From an uncultured Acidimicrobiia bacterium (GTDB taxonomy: Bacteria > Acidobacteriota > Terriglobia > Versatilivoradales > Versatilivoraceae): 64,000 nucleotides of DNA. The notes under the pieces are model-generated. The model did no database searches. It worked only from the letters and a program-made list of their open reading frames with translations, and was not told where the DNA came from. This document shows, piece after piece, positions 40,284-48,985 of the stretch (its first letter is position 1; each line of letters begins with the position of its first letter). The stretch lies in contig CAVVYL010000060.1 of the NCBI GenBank assembly GCA_963752385.1, forward strand, positions 9,133-73,132, read 5' to 3'. The position numbers were made by a program, and so were the translations under genes.

Positions 40284-41366
40284 ATGACGACGCCACAGAT
40301 AGACCTCAGTATTGATGAGTACCTGCGCAAGAGACTGATGCCAGTGGAAGGTGCTATTCCTCAACTGGCCGGGATCGACATGTACGGCAGCTCCATCCCG
40401 GCAGGAACGGTAGGCGGTGATCTCTTTGAATACATTAACTTTCAACAACGCTACAACATTGACGCGCGTATCGCAGGCGCTCTCAAACTGTCCAGTGAGT
40501 ATCTGGAGCCTCTTCCCAAAGACCAGACTCCGCGGAACTCGGTGGATGATCATGTGCGGTGGTTGGAGTCCAAACCGGGCTACGACGCTACGGTCGCAAC
40601 TGAGTACAGAAAAGCAAAAAGCTCAGAGCAGCTCAGGATCGCTGAAGATCTGCAAGAACTCTACGCGACAGCAGGAGTCCTGTTGGTGGATGCCCAGGGG
40701 CACGGGATCATCTCGGCGAAGATTGCGTCGACGGTGCACGACACTTTTCATGCATTCATGCTTTCGGAGCTCGATCGGAGCGGAAAGACAACGCCAGAGC
40801 TTTTCGAGAAGATCAATCTCAGGCTGGCCCTGTCCGTCACGGCACGAAATGCCTTGGGACGCGATTCGGATGACATTTCGCGCGAAATCGCGACTATGCT
40901 GTACGGTGAAATACATCCTGATGGACATTTCCGCTTTGTAAGTTTTGGGCACCCACCGCCGCTAGTGTTCTCCGCGGAGTTCGGAAGGTTCATGAAGATT
41001 GACAAGAATCGCATGGTGCAGTTCCTACCGCTCGGGCTGGAAATTCCCGATGACCATCCGGACCGGAATAGGTATTTTTCCATGAAGCTCGGCAGGAAAC
41101 GGATGAACTCTTCGGACGTGGCAGAAATCACACTGATGAGCCCGGGAGACATCCTTTTCCTTCATTCAGATGGGGTTTATGACGGCAGCGAGGAACAGGA
41201 CCGGCTGCAAATCGAACGAGTTATCCGTGAGCAGAAAAGTGAATCGGCAAAAGAGATTTGTAACGCGATCCTGGACCACGCAGTGAAGCAGGACGCGTAC
41301 CGGCGGCAGATGGGTGAAGAGGACCGCATCGACGACAAGACCGTGTCTATCATCAAACACAGGTGA
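40284..41366 (+). CDS. PP2C-family (SpoIIE/RsbU-type) serine/threonine phosphatase
   Basis: GGDLFEY motif, …LVDAQGHGIISA… metal site, …ILFLHSDGVYDG…, C-terminal …DDKTVSIIKHR. Gene GC appears lower (roughly 52%) than the surroundings. Confidence 0.6.
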   Translation: MTTPQIDLSIDEYLRKRLMPVEGAIPQLAGIDMYGSSIPAGTVGGDLFEYINFQQRYNIDARIAGALKLSSEYLEPLPKDQTPRNSVDDHVRWLESKPGYDATVATEYRKAKSSEQLRIAEDLQELYATAGVLLVDAQGHGIISAKIASTVHDTFHAFMLSELDRSGKTTPELFEKINLRLALSVTARNALGRDSDDISREIATMLYGEIHPDGHFRFVSFGHPPPLVFSAEFGRFMKIDKNRMVQFLPLGLEIPDDHPDRNRYFSMKLGRKRMNSSDVAEITLMSPGDILFLHSDGVYDGSEEQDRLQIERVIREQKSESAKEICNAILDHAVKQDAYRRQMGEEDRIDDKTVSIIKHR

Positions 41367-41755
41367 AGCGGCCTCTTCCTGGGGTTCCTAAGGTAGGACG
41401 CTCGGCGAAAAGTCCGCGTTTACGCAATTGCCGCTCAGCGGTGGAGTGTTGAGTTCGACAAAACACAAATAACCGCCTGATTGCGGATGGGGCGTCAAGT
41501 TGACTTGGTTAGGTAGACACTGGGCGATGATGCAGCATTGATCTGCCAAAACATGGCGGTGGCCTTGAGCGGCCTACTCGATGAACGACGCAGATTCTGC
41601 ACAAGCACGCTCCGCACCAGCTGTACCTCGTCGCCGACGGTAATCTCGCCGCCTACGATCACGAAGCAGTTGAGCGCTAGCTTACCGTCGAAGCGCCGGT
41701 AGATGCTCCGTATGATTTCCTTATCCTGCACCAGTGTGTCGAGCACGGCAAACGA

Positions 41756-42357
41756 TTGCTGGCGGGCGTGAGCCTGGAGTCCCTGCCCGGCAAAAGGAAC
41801 TTCGCCATGCTTGCCATGCTGATCGGGTGTGGGCTGCGTCGAGGCAAGTTGCGGTCCCTTCGCATCGACGCCATTCAGTTGCGAGAGGAACACTGGGTGA
41901 TCGCCGATTTGATAGGGAAGGCTGGCCACGTCCGCACCATCCCGATTCCTGGCTGGGTGAAGGTAGCCATCGATGACTGGAAGGAGGCGAGCGGCATCAA
42001 AGAGGGAGTACTTTTTCGCTCGATAAATAAATAGAGCCGGACGGGTCTGGGGTGATGGAATGACGCCAAAGGTGATTGGGAGGTCGTTCGAGCGGCTGCG
42101 GCGTGTGCCGGTATCGAGAAGCTTGCGCCGCATGACCTTCGCCGCACTTGCGCCCGTCTGTGCCATCTCGCTGGCGGCGAACTAGATCAGATTCAATCCT
42201 GCTCGGGCATGTCTCTATCCAGACTACAGTACGATACCTGGGCTGCAAGCAAAGGCTTCGTAATGCCGTCAATGACCGACTGGGCATTAAGCCAGGCGAG
42301 AAGCCTGACATTGAAAGTCGATGGGCGGCGAATAGGTCGCCACTAGGCGACTTATGA
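41756..42357 (+). pseudogene. tyrosine recombinase / phage-type integrase remnant (3' part, multiply frameshifted)
   Basis: ORF 41756..42034 has …AMLAMLIGCGLRRGKLRSLRIDAI…GKAGHVRTIPIP…. An intervening frame has …HDLRRTCARLCHLAGGELDQIQ…. ORF 42148..42357 has …LLGHVSIQTTVRYLG…. These are catalytic-domain motifs split over three frames. Confidence 0.55.
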
Positions 42358-42431
42358 GGATCTATAGTCTGAGACCGAGCCAGCGTTCTCTGAAGGAACC
42401 ATTCGCTGAAGTTCTTACAGAGCTATCCGCA

Positions 42432-42470
42432 GTTTCCGGTTAGCCGACGACATAACCACGGTACTCGATC
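42432..42470. repeat. about 40-bp dispersed repeat, copy A (cagtttccggttagccgac…ccac.g)
   Basis: Nearly identical core also found at 48848-48886 and 52202-52240. Confidence 0.35.
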
Positions 42471-42584
42471 ACTAAACACTACGCCGTTTATCCGTCCCGG
42501 ACACCGAGGTCAACCGGGGCCCCGCCGCCGTTCTTACGGCAGGCGAGAGCCCGTCAGCGTCCGCTCGAATACTCTCCAACAGTT

Positions 42585-45278
42585 TCATTCGCAGCGCAAG
42601 GCATTGATCGGGTCAACGCGAGTGGCTCTTCGCGCAGGGAGGTAGCTGGCTAGCAGGGCAACAGCAGTCAGCAACGCGGAAACACCCAGGAAGACGTAGG
42701 GATCGGTCGGCTCCACGCCGAACAGCAGAGTGGAGAGAACGCGCGTGGCGATTAGCGCCGCGACCAAGCCCACTGCGAGGCCGATCGATGTGACTGTCAT
42801 CGCTTCCCGAAGAACCAGCCTCGTGATGTCGCGAGCCTGAGCCCCCATTGCCATCCGGAGTCCCAGTTCGTGCGTTCGCTGCGTCACTGAGTATCCGATA
42901 ACGCCGTAGATTCCAACCCCTGCCAGCATCAGAGCAAGACCGGCGAAAATCTCCAGCATCAGCATGTTGAAACGTGGTCCGGCGAGCGATCTGTACACAA
43001 GGTCCTCCATGGTGCGGACGTCGTAAATCGGTAAATCGGGATCGATGGCCAGAACCTCACGCCGCGCCGCCGCAGCAAGATTGGCCGGATCACCGCTAGT
43101 TCGCAGCACCACAGTCATCGCATGCTGCGGCCAGAGAGCTTGCGGGTAGGAAAAGTACATTTCCGGAATGGCGGCTAAGCCCAAGCCGCGATACTTCACG
43201 TCGCCGACAACCCCCACGATCGTCCGCCAAGGAAACTTGGTCGAAGTCCTGAAGCGCCGCCCGATCGGGTTCTGGCCGGGCCAAAACCGCCGCGCCATCG
43301 TCTCATTAATGACCGCTACCGGAGGACTGTACTCATTGTCGCGAGCTGTGAGTTCACGCCCTCGCAGAAGGGGGATGCCCAATGTGCGGAAGTAGTTCGG
43401 GCTGATCGGGCGGAAGAACGCCATCGGGACATCGCGCGGCGGAGTCTTGCCCTCCATGTAACGGGCTTCCTCGGTTTCGAAGGTCGCGCTGTTGTTTTCA
43501 CTGGTGAAGGGCGCATATCCGGAAGCCGCCGCTGCGTTGACTCCGGGCAGAGATCTCAAGCGTTCGAGGAGTTCGTCGTAAAAAGTGGGTACCTGGCGGC
43601 CTGACCACACAAACGTGTCGCCGGATGGAACGAGTTGGTCCTTGTATTTGGACTCAGGCAGCGCCACACGGAAGGTGAGCAGTTTCTCGGTGCGAAAACC
43701 GGGGCTCACATTTTGCAGGCGCCAGAAACTGAGCATCAGCAGGCCCGCGCCAATAAGGAGCAGGAAGGAGAGAGCCACCTCGGAGGTAACCAGCGCGTTT
43801 CGCAGCCTGCGGTCGCGCGATCCGGTCCCGGCACTGCGACCGGCTTCCTTGAGCGCTGCGTTCAGGTCGAGTTTCGACGTTCGCAGCGCGGGCGCCAAAC
43901 CAAAGACCAGCGCGGCGAGCAGCGATGCCGCGAGCGTAAACGCCATAACGTGCACGTCAATGCCCAGTTCACCGCGACTGCGAACCAGCACACTTGGAGG
44001 GATCACGAGTACCAGCGCCTTCAGTGCCCACTTGGCCAGCACCAGACCCGCAGCGCCGCCGATGGAAGCCAGTACGACGCTCTCAGTCAGTAACTGGCGC
44101 ACGAGACGGGAACGGCTGGCGCCGAGCGCTGTCCGCAGCGCGATCTCCCGGCGCCGCACAGTTGCTCTGGCGAGCAGAAGATTGCCGATGTTGCTGCACG
44201 CAATCAACAGCACCAAGCCGACGGCCCCGAACAGGACCAGGAGACCCTTACGTACATCCGCGACCATTTGGTCGTTCAGCAGGATGACTTTGGCACTCCA
44301 ATTCACGTACTGGGGATAGAGTCGCTCGTCACGGCGTGCCATGGCCGTTAACTCGGCCTGTGCCTGAGCCGCCGAGACGCCCGGCTTCAGACGGGCGAAG
44401 ACCTGAAAGTTGCTGGTGTGGCGGACCTGGCTCTCTTTGGCGCTCATGGCCAGAGGAGTCCAGACCTCCGGCCCGTTCAAGGGGTATTGGAGGATCGGAG
44501 GCGTTATCCCGATCACCGTATGCACTCTGCCGTTGAGAGTGACCGACCGCCCGACCGCCTGGGGGTCCGATCCAAACTGCTGCTGCCACAGCCTGTAGCT
44601 CAGCATCGCGACGGGCGCGGCGCCATCTCTGTCGTCTTCGGCGAGAAAGGTACGCCCGAGTAATGGCGGCACACCGAGCAGTGAGAAGATCCCGGCGGAG
44701 ACGCGGGCGCCACCCACACGCACGGGTTCCGCGCTGGCGATCAAGTTGACCGTCTCATACTCGAGGCCCTCGGTCTGTTCCAAGACATGGCCTTGATTCT
44801 TGCAGTCGAGGAAACTGGCAGGCGAAAGAAACGACTGGCCTGCACGGCTCGGGGGGATTCCCCATATGCCTACCAGCCGTTCGGGGTCGGAGTAAGGCAG
44901 AGGCCGCAGCATCACGGCATTAACGATGCTGAAGATGGCAGTGTTGGCGCCAATGCCGAGGCCAATCGTCGTCACGGCGACCGCGACGAATCCAGGGCTC
45001 TTGCGCATCAGCCGCACGCAGTAACGAAGGTCCTTCCAGAGTGTCTCCATATGCTCCCTCACGGCCGCGATCGCCAGATCCGGCAGTGCTTCCAACAAGA
45101 CCCGCAGCGTGCCCTCTCGGCGACAACGATCGCGAAAAAGGCGCGCCATCTCACTTCCATACTCGTCCCGAAACTCGCCGGGGCAGAGCAGCAGCAGGAG
45201 CCGATAAAACCGATCCGACACAGTTACCTCAAACCGGCCTGGAACCGGGCAGCAAGCTCGCGACCGCTTGGCTGACAA
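42585..45278 (-). CDS. ABC-transporter permease, FtsX/MacB-like duplicated permease (ADOP family)
   Basis: N-terminal PadR-associated extension (…RFYRLLLLLCPGEFRDEYGSEM…), then two FtsX-like four-TM modules with large periplasmic domains. 897 aa, TTG/other start, overlaps the upstream padR. Confidence 0.75.
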   Translation of the reverse strand: MSAKRSRACCPVPGRFEVTVSDRFYRLLLLLCPGEFRDEYGSEMARLFRDRCRREGTLRVLLEALPDLAIAAVREHMETLWKDLRYCVRLMRKSPGFVAVAVTTIGLGIGANTAIFSIVNAVMLRPLPYSDPERLVGIWGIPPSRAGQSFLSPASFLDCKNQGHVLEQTEGLEYETVNLIASAEPVRVGGARVSAGIFSLLGVPPLLGRTFLAEDDRDGAAPVAMLSYRLWQQQFGSDPQAVGRSVTLNGRVHTVIGITPPILQYPLNGPEVWTPLAMSAKESQVRHTSNFQVFARLKPGVSAAQAQAELTAMARRDERLYPQYVNWSAKVILLNDQMVADVRKGLLVLFGAVGLVLLIACSNIGNLLLARATVRRREIALRTALGASRSRLVRQLLTESVVLASIGGAAGLVLAKWALKALVLVIPPSVLVRSRGELGIDVHVMAFTLAASLLAALVFGLAPALRTSKLDLNAALKEAGRSAGTGSRDRRLRNALVTSEVALSFLLLIGAGLLMLSFWRLQNVSPGFRTEKLLTFRVALPESKYKDQLVPSGDTFVWSGRQVPTFYDELLERLRSLPGVNAAAASGYAPFTSENNSATFETEEARYMEGKTPPRDVPMAFFRPISPNYFRTLGIPLLRGRELTARDNEYSPPVAVINETMARRFWPGQNPIGRRFRTSTKFPWRTIVGVVGDVKYRGLGLAAIPEMYFSYPQALWPQHAMTVVLRTSGDPANLAAAARREVLAIDPDLPIYDVRTMEDLVYRSLAGPRFNMLMLEIFAGLALMLAGVGIYGVIGYSVTQRTHELGLRMAMGAQARDITRLVLREAMTVTSIGLAVGLVAALIATRVLSTLLFGVEPTDPYVFLGVSALLTAVALLASYLPARRATRVDPINALRCE

Positions 45279-45597
45279 GTTTGGAGAGCCGTTCCGTCTC
45301 GGCCGCAGCTACACGCCGTCCGAAATCAGTGATTCGGTAGTATCGCCGCCGCTCGTCATCCAAGTCCGGATCTGGTCTCTCTTCAGATTCCTCGATCAAT
45401 CCTTGGGCCAGCATACGTTTGATAGAGCCGTAGAGCGTTCCGGGACTCAGGCGCATCTTCTGATCAGTCCGAGCGGCAATGTCCTGCATGATTCCGTAGC
45501 CGTGGCGTTCCCGATCGGCCAACGCCACCAGGATGTGAAACAGCGCCGACGGCAGCGGCAGCAATTCTTGCGGATCAGGATTGGCCTTTCGTGCCAT
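45229..45597 (-). CDS. PadR-family transcriptional regulator
   Basis: …LFHILVALADRERHGYGIMQDIAARTDQKMRLSPGTLYGSIKRMLAQGLIEE… is a PadR wHTH. The ATG at 45597 has a GAGGAG ribosome-binding site. Classic PadR-ADOP gene pair. Confidence 0.75.
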   Translation of the reverse strand: MARKANPDPQELLPLPSALFHILVALADRERHGYGIMQDIAARTDQKMRLSPGTLYGSIKRMLAQGLIEESEERPDPDLDDERRRYYRITDFGRRVAAAETERLSKLVSQAVASLLPGSRPV

Positions 45598-46212
45598 AGG
45601 TCTCCTCGGCCTCCGTGTCAAAACTATATCGGCTCATATAATAGATGCTGCAACCGGTCTCCGTCAATATGGGCCGAAATGCGTGCGAACTCGCCAAACC
45701 ATAATTCTCCGTCTAGTACTGGAGCCGATATAGACACTAAAGAATAGGGACGACGGACCAAGCGAAAGGTGAGCGCCGTTTCCTGGCCTTGCATCGCCCG
45801 ATGGCCGGGAGGGACCTCAGGGGGGCGAGCTGGCGGGCCTTCCGTTGCGCTAAGCGATGACAGGAACGATCAGTCCCCAAGTGTTTACTAAAAATAAGTC
45901 AAGGTGACGCATAACGGCGTAACAGTCGATTAGAATGTCGATCCAGAGAACAAGATCTACGAGGTAATAATGCTAACGCTTGTCACTTAGAATCGGTCTA
46001 TGTGAAACTTCCTGCGATGGTGAAAATAATCACACCGCTCAAATCGCTGGAGAAGGATTCGGCTAGTCACCCACGGCAACGTCGAGCTGAGAACCTCGAT
46101 CTCAGAGCTGTGAACCCGAACGCCGAGAAGCACGAAGATACCCTACGCCTGAAGAACTCATCGATCATATCGAAGTCAATGCGAGGGCTACCCTCACGAT
46201 TTGGCGAATGAA

Positions 46213-48588
46213 ATGAAAGGAACACAACCAACGAACTCTCTTCATACAAAACTACCTTCTGAAACCTGCGCCTGTCCGCGTTCACACCGCCGCGCCCACT
46301 CGCTTCTCATCGTGCTCGCCGCTTTATTTGTCTCTACTGCGCCGTCCCTGGCGGCAGCGCAATCCGCTCTCTTTGCCCGCGGCTATACGGTGATCCCCGC
46401 GCCTCAGCAAGTGACCCTGCGCGAGGCTGAGTTCCAAGTTGATTCTGGCTGGCGCCTTGTTTTGGGGTTGAGGGTTCCGCCCAACGATGTTGCCGTCGAA
46501 GCCTTGAGGCAAGACCTCAAGACGCGTTTTGACCTCACACTACAGGAAGGCAGTCCCGCCGACCGCAAACCGGCCCTCCTTCTCGACGTCCAGCCCAACT
46601 CCGTAGTCGTTGGCGAAGCGCTGGACAAGGATCGGCACATTCTGGCAGAACAAGCCTATCGGATCGAGCTTTCGCCCGAAAAAATCCGAATCACGGCCAA
46701 CGCATCGCCAGGCTTGTTCTACGGAGTGGAAACGCTGGTGCAAATGCTCAAGCCCCATCAGGGGAGGCTGTTGCTTCCAGAAGGAGAGGTGACCGACTGG
46801 CCCGACCTCCAGTTGCGCCTCATCTTCTGGGATGATGCCCACCACCTGGAACGCATGGACGCCTTTAAGAAGGCCATCCGGCAAGCGGCGTTTTACAAGA
46901 TCAATGCCATTGCTGTGAAGTTGGAAGGCCATTTTCAATACAAGAGTGTCCCGGCTCTCGTAGAACCGTATGCCCTTTCACCAGAGGAACTCCAGGAACT
47001 GACCAACTACGGCTTGCGTTACCACCTCCAACTCGTTCCCTGGCTTGACGCTCCGGCCCACGTTGCCTTCATCCTCAAGCATCCCGAGTATGCTCGGTTA
47101 CGTGCCTTCCCCGATAGCAACTATGAGTTCTGTGTGACCAATCCCGAGACCATAGACCTGCTGTTGGGGATGTTCGGAGAACTGATCGAAGCCAACCAAG
47201 GCGTCCGATATATCTATTTGTCAAGCGACGAGCCCTACTACATTGGACTGGCTGACAACGCTCAATGCCGCGAGGTGCCCAGGGCGCGGGAACTCGGTAC
47301 CCCCGGGAAGCTAGAGGCTGAGTTCATTACCAAGTTAGCAGAACCCCTGCATCAGAGCGGTCGAACCGTGGTATTCATGGGCGAGTACCCTTTGCGGCCG
47401 GGAGATATCGAAGCGCTTCCTCCCTACCTGGTGAATACCATCGTGAATGGTCCGGAATTCGACCCACTCTATAAGGCCCGCGGTATCCGCCAGATGCTCC
47501 ACACGTCGACCCAGGGTGAAGAACGCTTGTTTCCGAACTACTTCGTCCTTCCCGACTCTGAGTTGCTACACACGCCGGAACGCCATGAAGATCCGAGGGT
47601 CCAGGATGGATTTGGAATGATTTCCTCGCACTCTGCCCGGAAACAAGCAGACATACTGGGTATTATCAATGCTGGCTGGGCTGACGCAGGGTTGCATCCC
47701 GAGACCTTCTGGCTCGGTTATGTGTGCATCAACGCGGCCGGATGGCATCCCGGATTTCCGGATGTGCAAGAAATCATGAGCAGCTTCTATCGGCTCTTCT
47801 ATGGGCCGGGGGCGAAGGACGTAGAGAGGCTCTACCAATTGATGAGCCACCAGGCACAATTGTGGTCCGATAGCTGGGACACAGTCGATTCGACTTCCAC
47901 CAAGCCGATCTTCGGGAACTCCCGCCAGATATTCTCACCCAAGCGTCCGAGGAAGGACCAGACCATCCAGCTGCCTCCACCTCCCTCTGGGCCGGAGCTC
48001 TCCTATTCTTCCTCCTGGATCCAAGCCAACGAGCAACGACTCCGGCTGGTCGCCAAATCCCAAACTGACAACGACGAGCTTATGCGGTTGCTGGCGGCGA
48101 ATTTGGAGAAGGCGGAGTTCAACCGTTACAACCTGGAAGTCCTGCAATCCATCGCGAAGATTTGTCGACAGAACCTGGAATTCCTCCAGGCGCTCGGGCG
48201 CATCAACAAACTGTTCTTCTGGGCACAGAGCGCGGCGCGCGGTGGAGACGCGAAGAAGGCATTAGGCGCCATCGACGAGGCTCTCGAACTAGCCCGCGAG
48301 ATTCACCGTGAACGCAATCGGGTCTTTCACGATGCGGTCCAGGTCTGGTACGCGACCTGGTATCCGCGCGTTGCCGAAGCCAACGGGCGCAAATTCGTTC
48401 ACGATCTTGATGACGTGAAAGATCACGTTCCAGACCGCACGGTCGACATGAGTTTCCTCGTCTATCGCCAGCTCCGGTTGGACTTTGGGCAATGGTTTGG
48501 TCACGTACAAACCTCACGAAACTCTTTCGCTGAGAACAACGGGTTGCCGAAGCGGCAAGCGGAGTTCGACTGGGAGAAACTGGAGTAA
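46213..48588 (+). CDS. glycoside hydrolase family 20-like (beta-N-acetylhexosaminidase-like) exported protein
   Basis: Signal peptide, GH20 N-domain start …GYTVIPAPQQVTL… and catalytic-domain start …VTDWPDLQLRLIFWD…. About 790 aa. ATG position is approximate, taken from the TTG-started ORF at 46201. Confidence 0.5.
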   Translation: MKGTQPTNSLHTKLPSETCACPRSHRRAHSLLIVLAALFVSTAPSLAAAQSALFARGYTVIPAPQQVTLREAEFQVDSGWRLVLGLRVPPNDVAVEALRQDLKTRFDLTLQEGSPADRKPALLLDVQPNSVVVGEALDKDRHILAEQAYRIELSPEKIRITANASPGLFYGVETLVQMLKPHQGRLLLPEGEVTDWPDLQLRLIFWDDAHHLERMDAFKKAIRQAAFYKINAIAVKLEGHFQYKSVPALVEPYALSPEELQELTNYGLRYHLQLVPWLDAPAHVAFILKHPEYARLRAFPDSNYEFCVTNPETIDLLLGMFGELIEANQGVRYIYLSSDEPYYIGLADNAQCREVPRARELGTPGKLEAEFITKLAEPLHQSGRTVVFMGEYPLRPGDIEALPPYLVNTIVNGPEFDPLYKARGIRQMLHTSTQGEERLFPNYFVLPDSELLHTPERHEDPRVQDGFGMISSHSARKQADILGIINAGWADAGLHPETFWLGYVCINAAGWHPGFPDVQEIMSSFYRLFYGPGAKDVERLYQLMSHQAQLWSDSWDTVDSTSTKPIFGNSRQIFSPKRPRKDQTIQLPPPPSGPELSYSSSWIQANEQRLRLVAKSQTDNDELMRLLAANLEKAEFNRYNLEVLQSIAKICRQNLEFLQALGRINKLFFWAQSAARGGDAKKALGAIDEALELAREIHRERNRVFHDAVQVWYATWYPRVAEANGRKFVHDLDDVKDHVPDRTVDMSFLVYRQLRLDFGQWFGHVQTSRNSFAENNGLPKRQAEFDWEKLE

Positions 48589-48847
48589 ATGTGGATCGGG
48601 AGTAAGTCGGTCTATGAAGGAACGGGTGTCTTTGAAGGAGCCCTTGGGCTCCCAAGAGGGTGCGGGAGCGCGCGGGTCGATTCGATCGTTGTGTGCGGCT
48701 AACTGTTCTTTCCGTCGCCCAGCAGTCGTTTGCGAATAGCGGGTTGCAAGGTAGCCTCAGGTGCGCCAATGGGCACAAGAATCGTCGAAGAAATCCCACT
48801 TGAACGGTATCAGAGAGCTGAGCCCCTGTGGAACAGGTATCTTTTGT

Positions 48848-48886
48848 CAGTTTCCGGTTAGCCGACTATACGGCCACGTGAACATC
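48848..48886. repeat. about 40-bp dispersed repeat, copy B
   Basis: cagtttccggttagccgactatacggccacgtg, in the convergent intergenic region between the GH20 and kinase-WD40 genes. Confidence 0.35.
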
Positions 48887-48985
48887 GCTAGTCGAACAAC
48901 GTTTGGTTCGTGCCCACATCCTTCTGATTATGATATGTGGGCATAACGAGCATCACGTTAGGCAATCCAATCCAACTCGTGCCCC

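Noticed and set aside
41495-42166. 223-aa minus-strand ORF overlapping the integrase remnant
   Set aside because: The plus strand carries clear tyrosine-recombinase motifs. The minus-strand product has no recognisable features and is most likely an antisense artefact.
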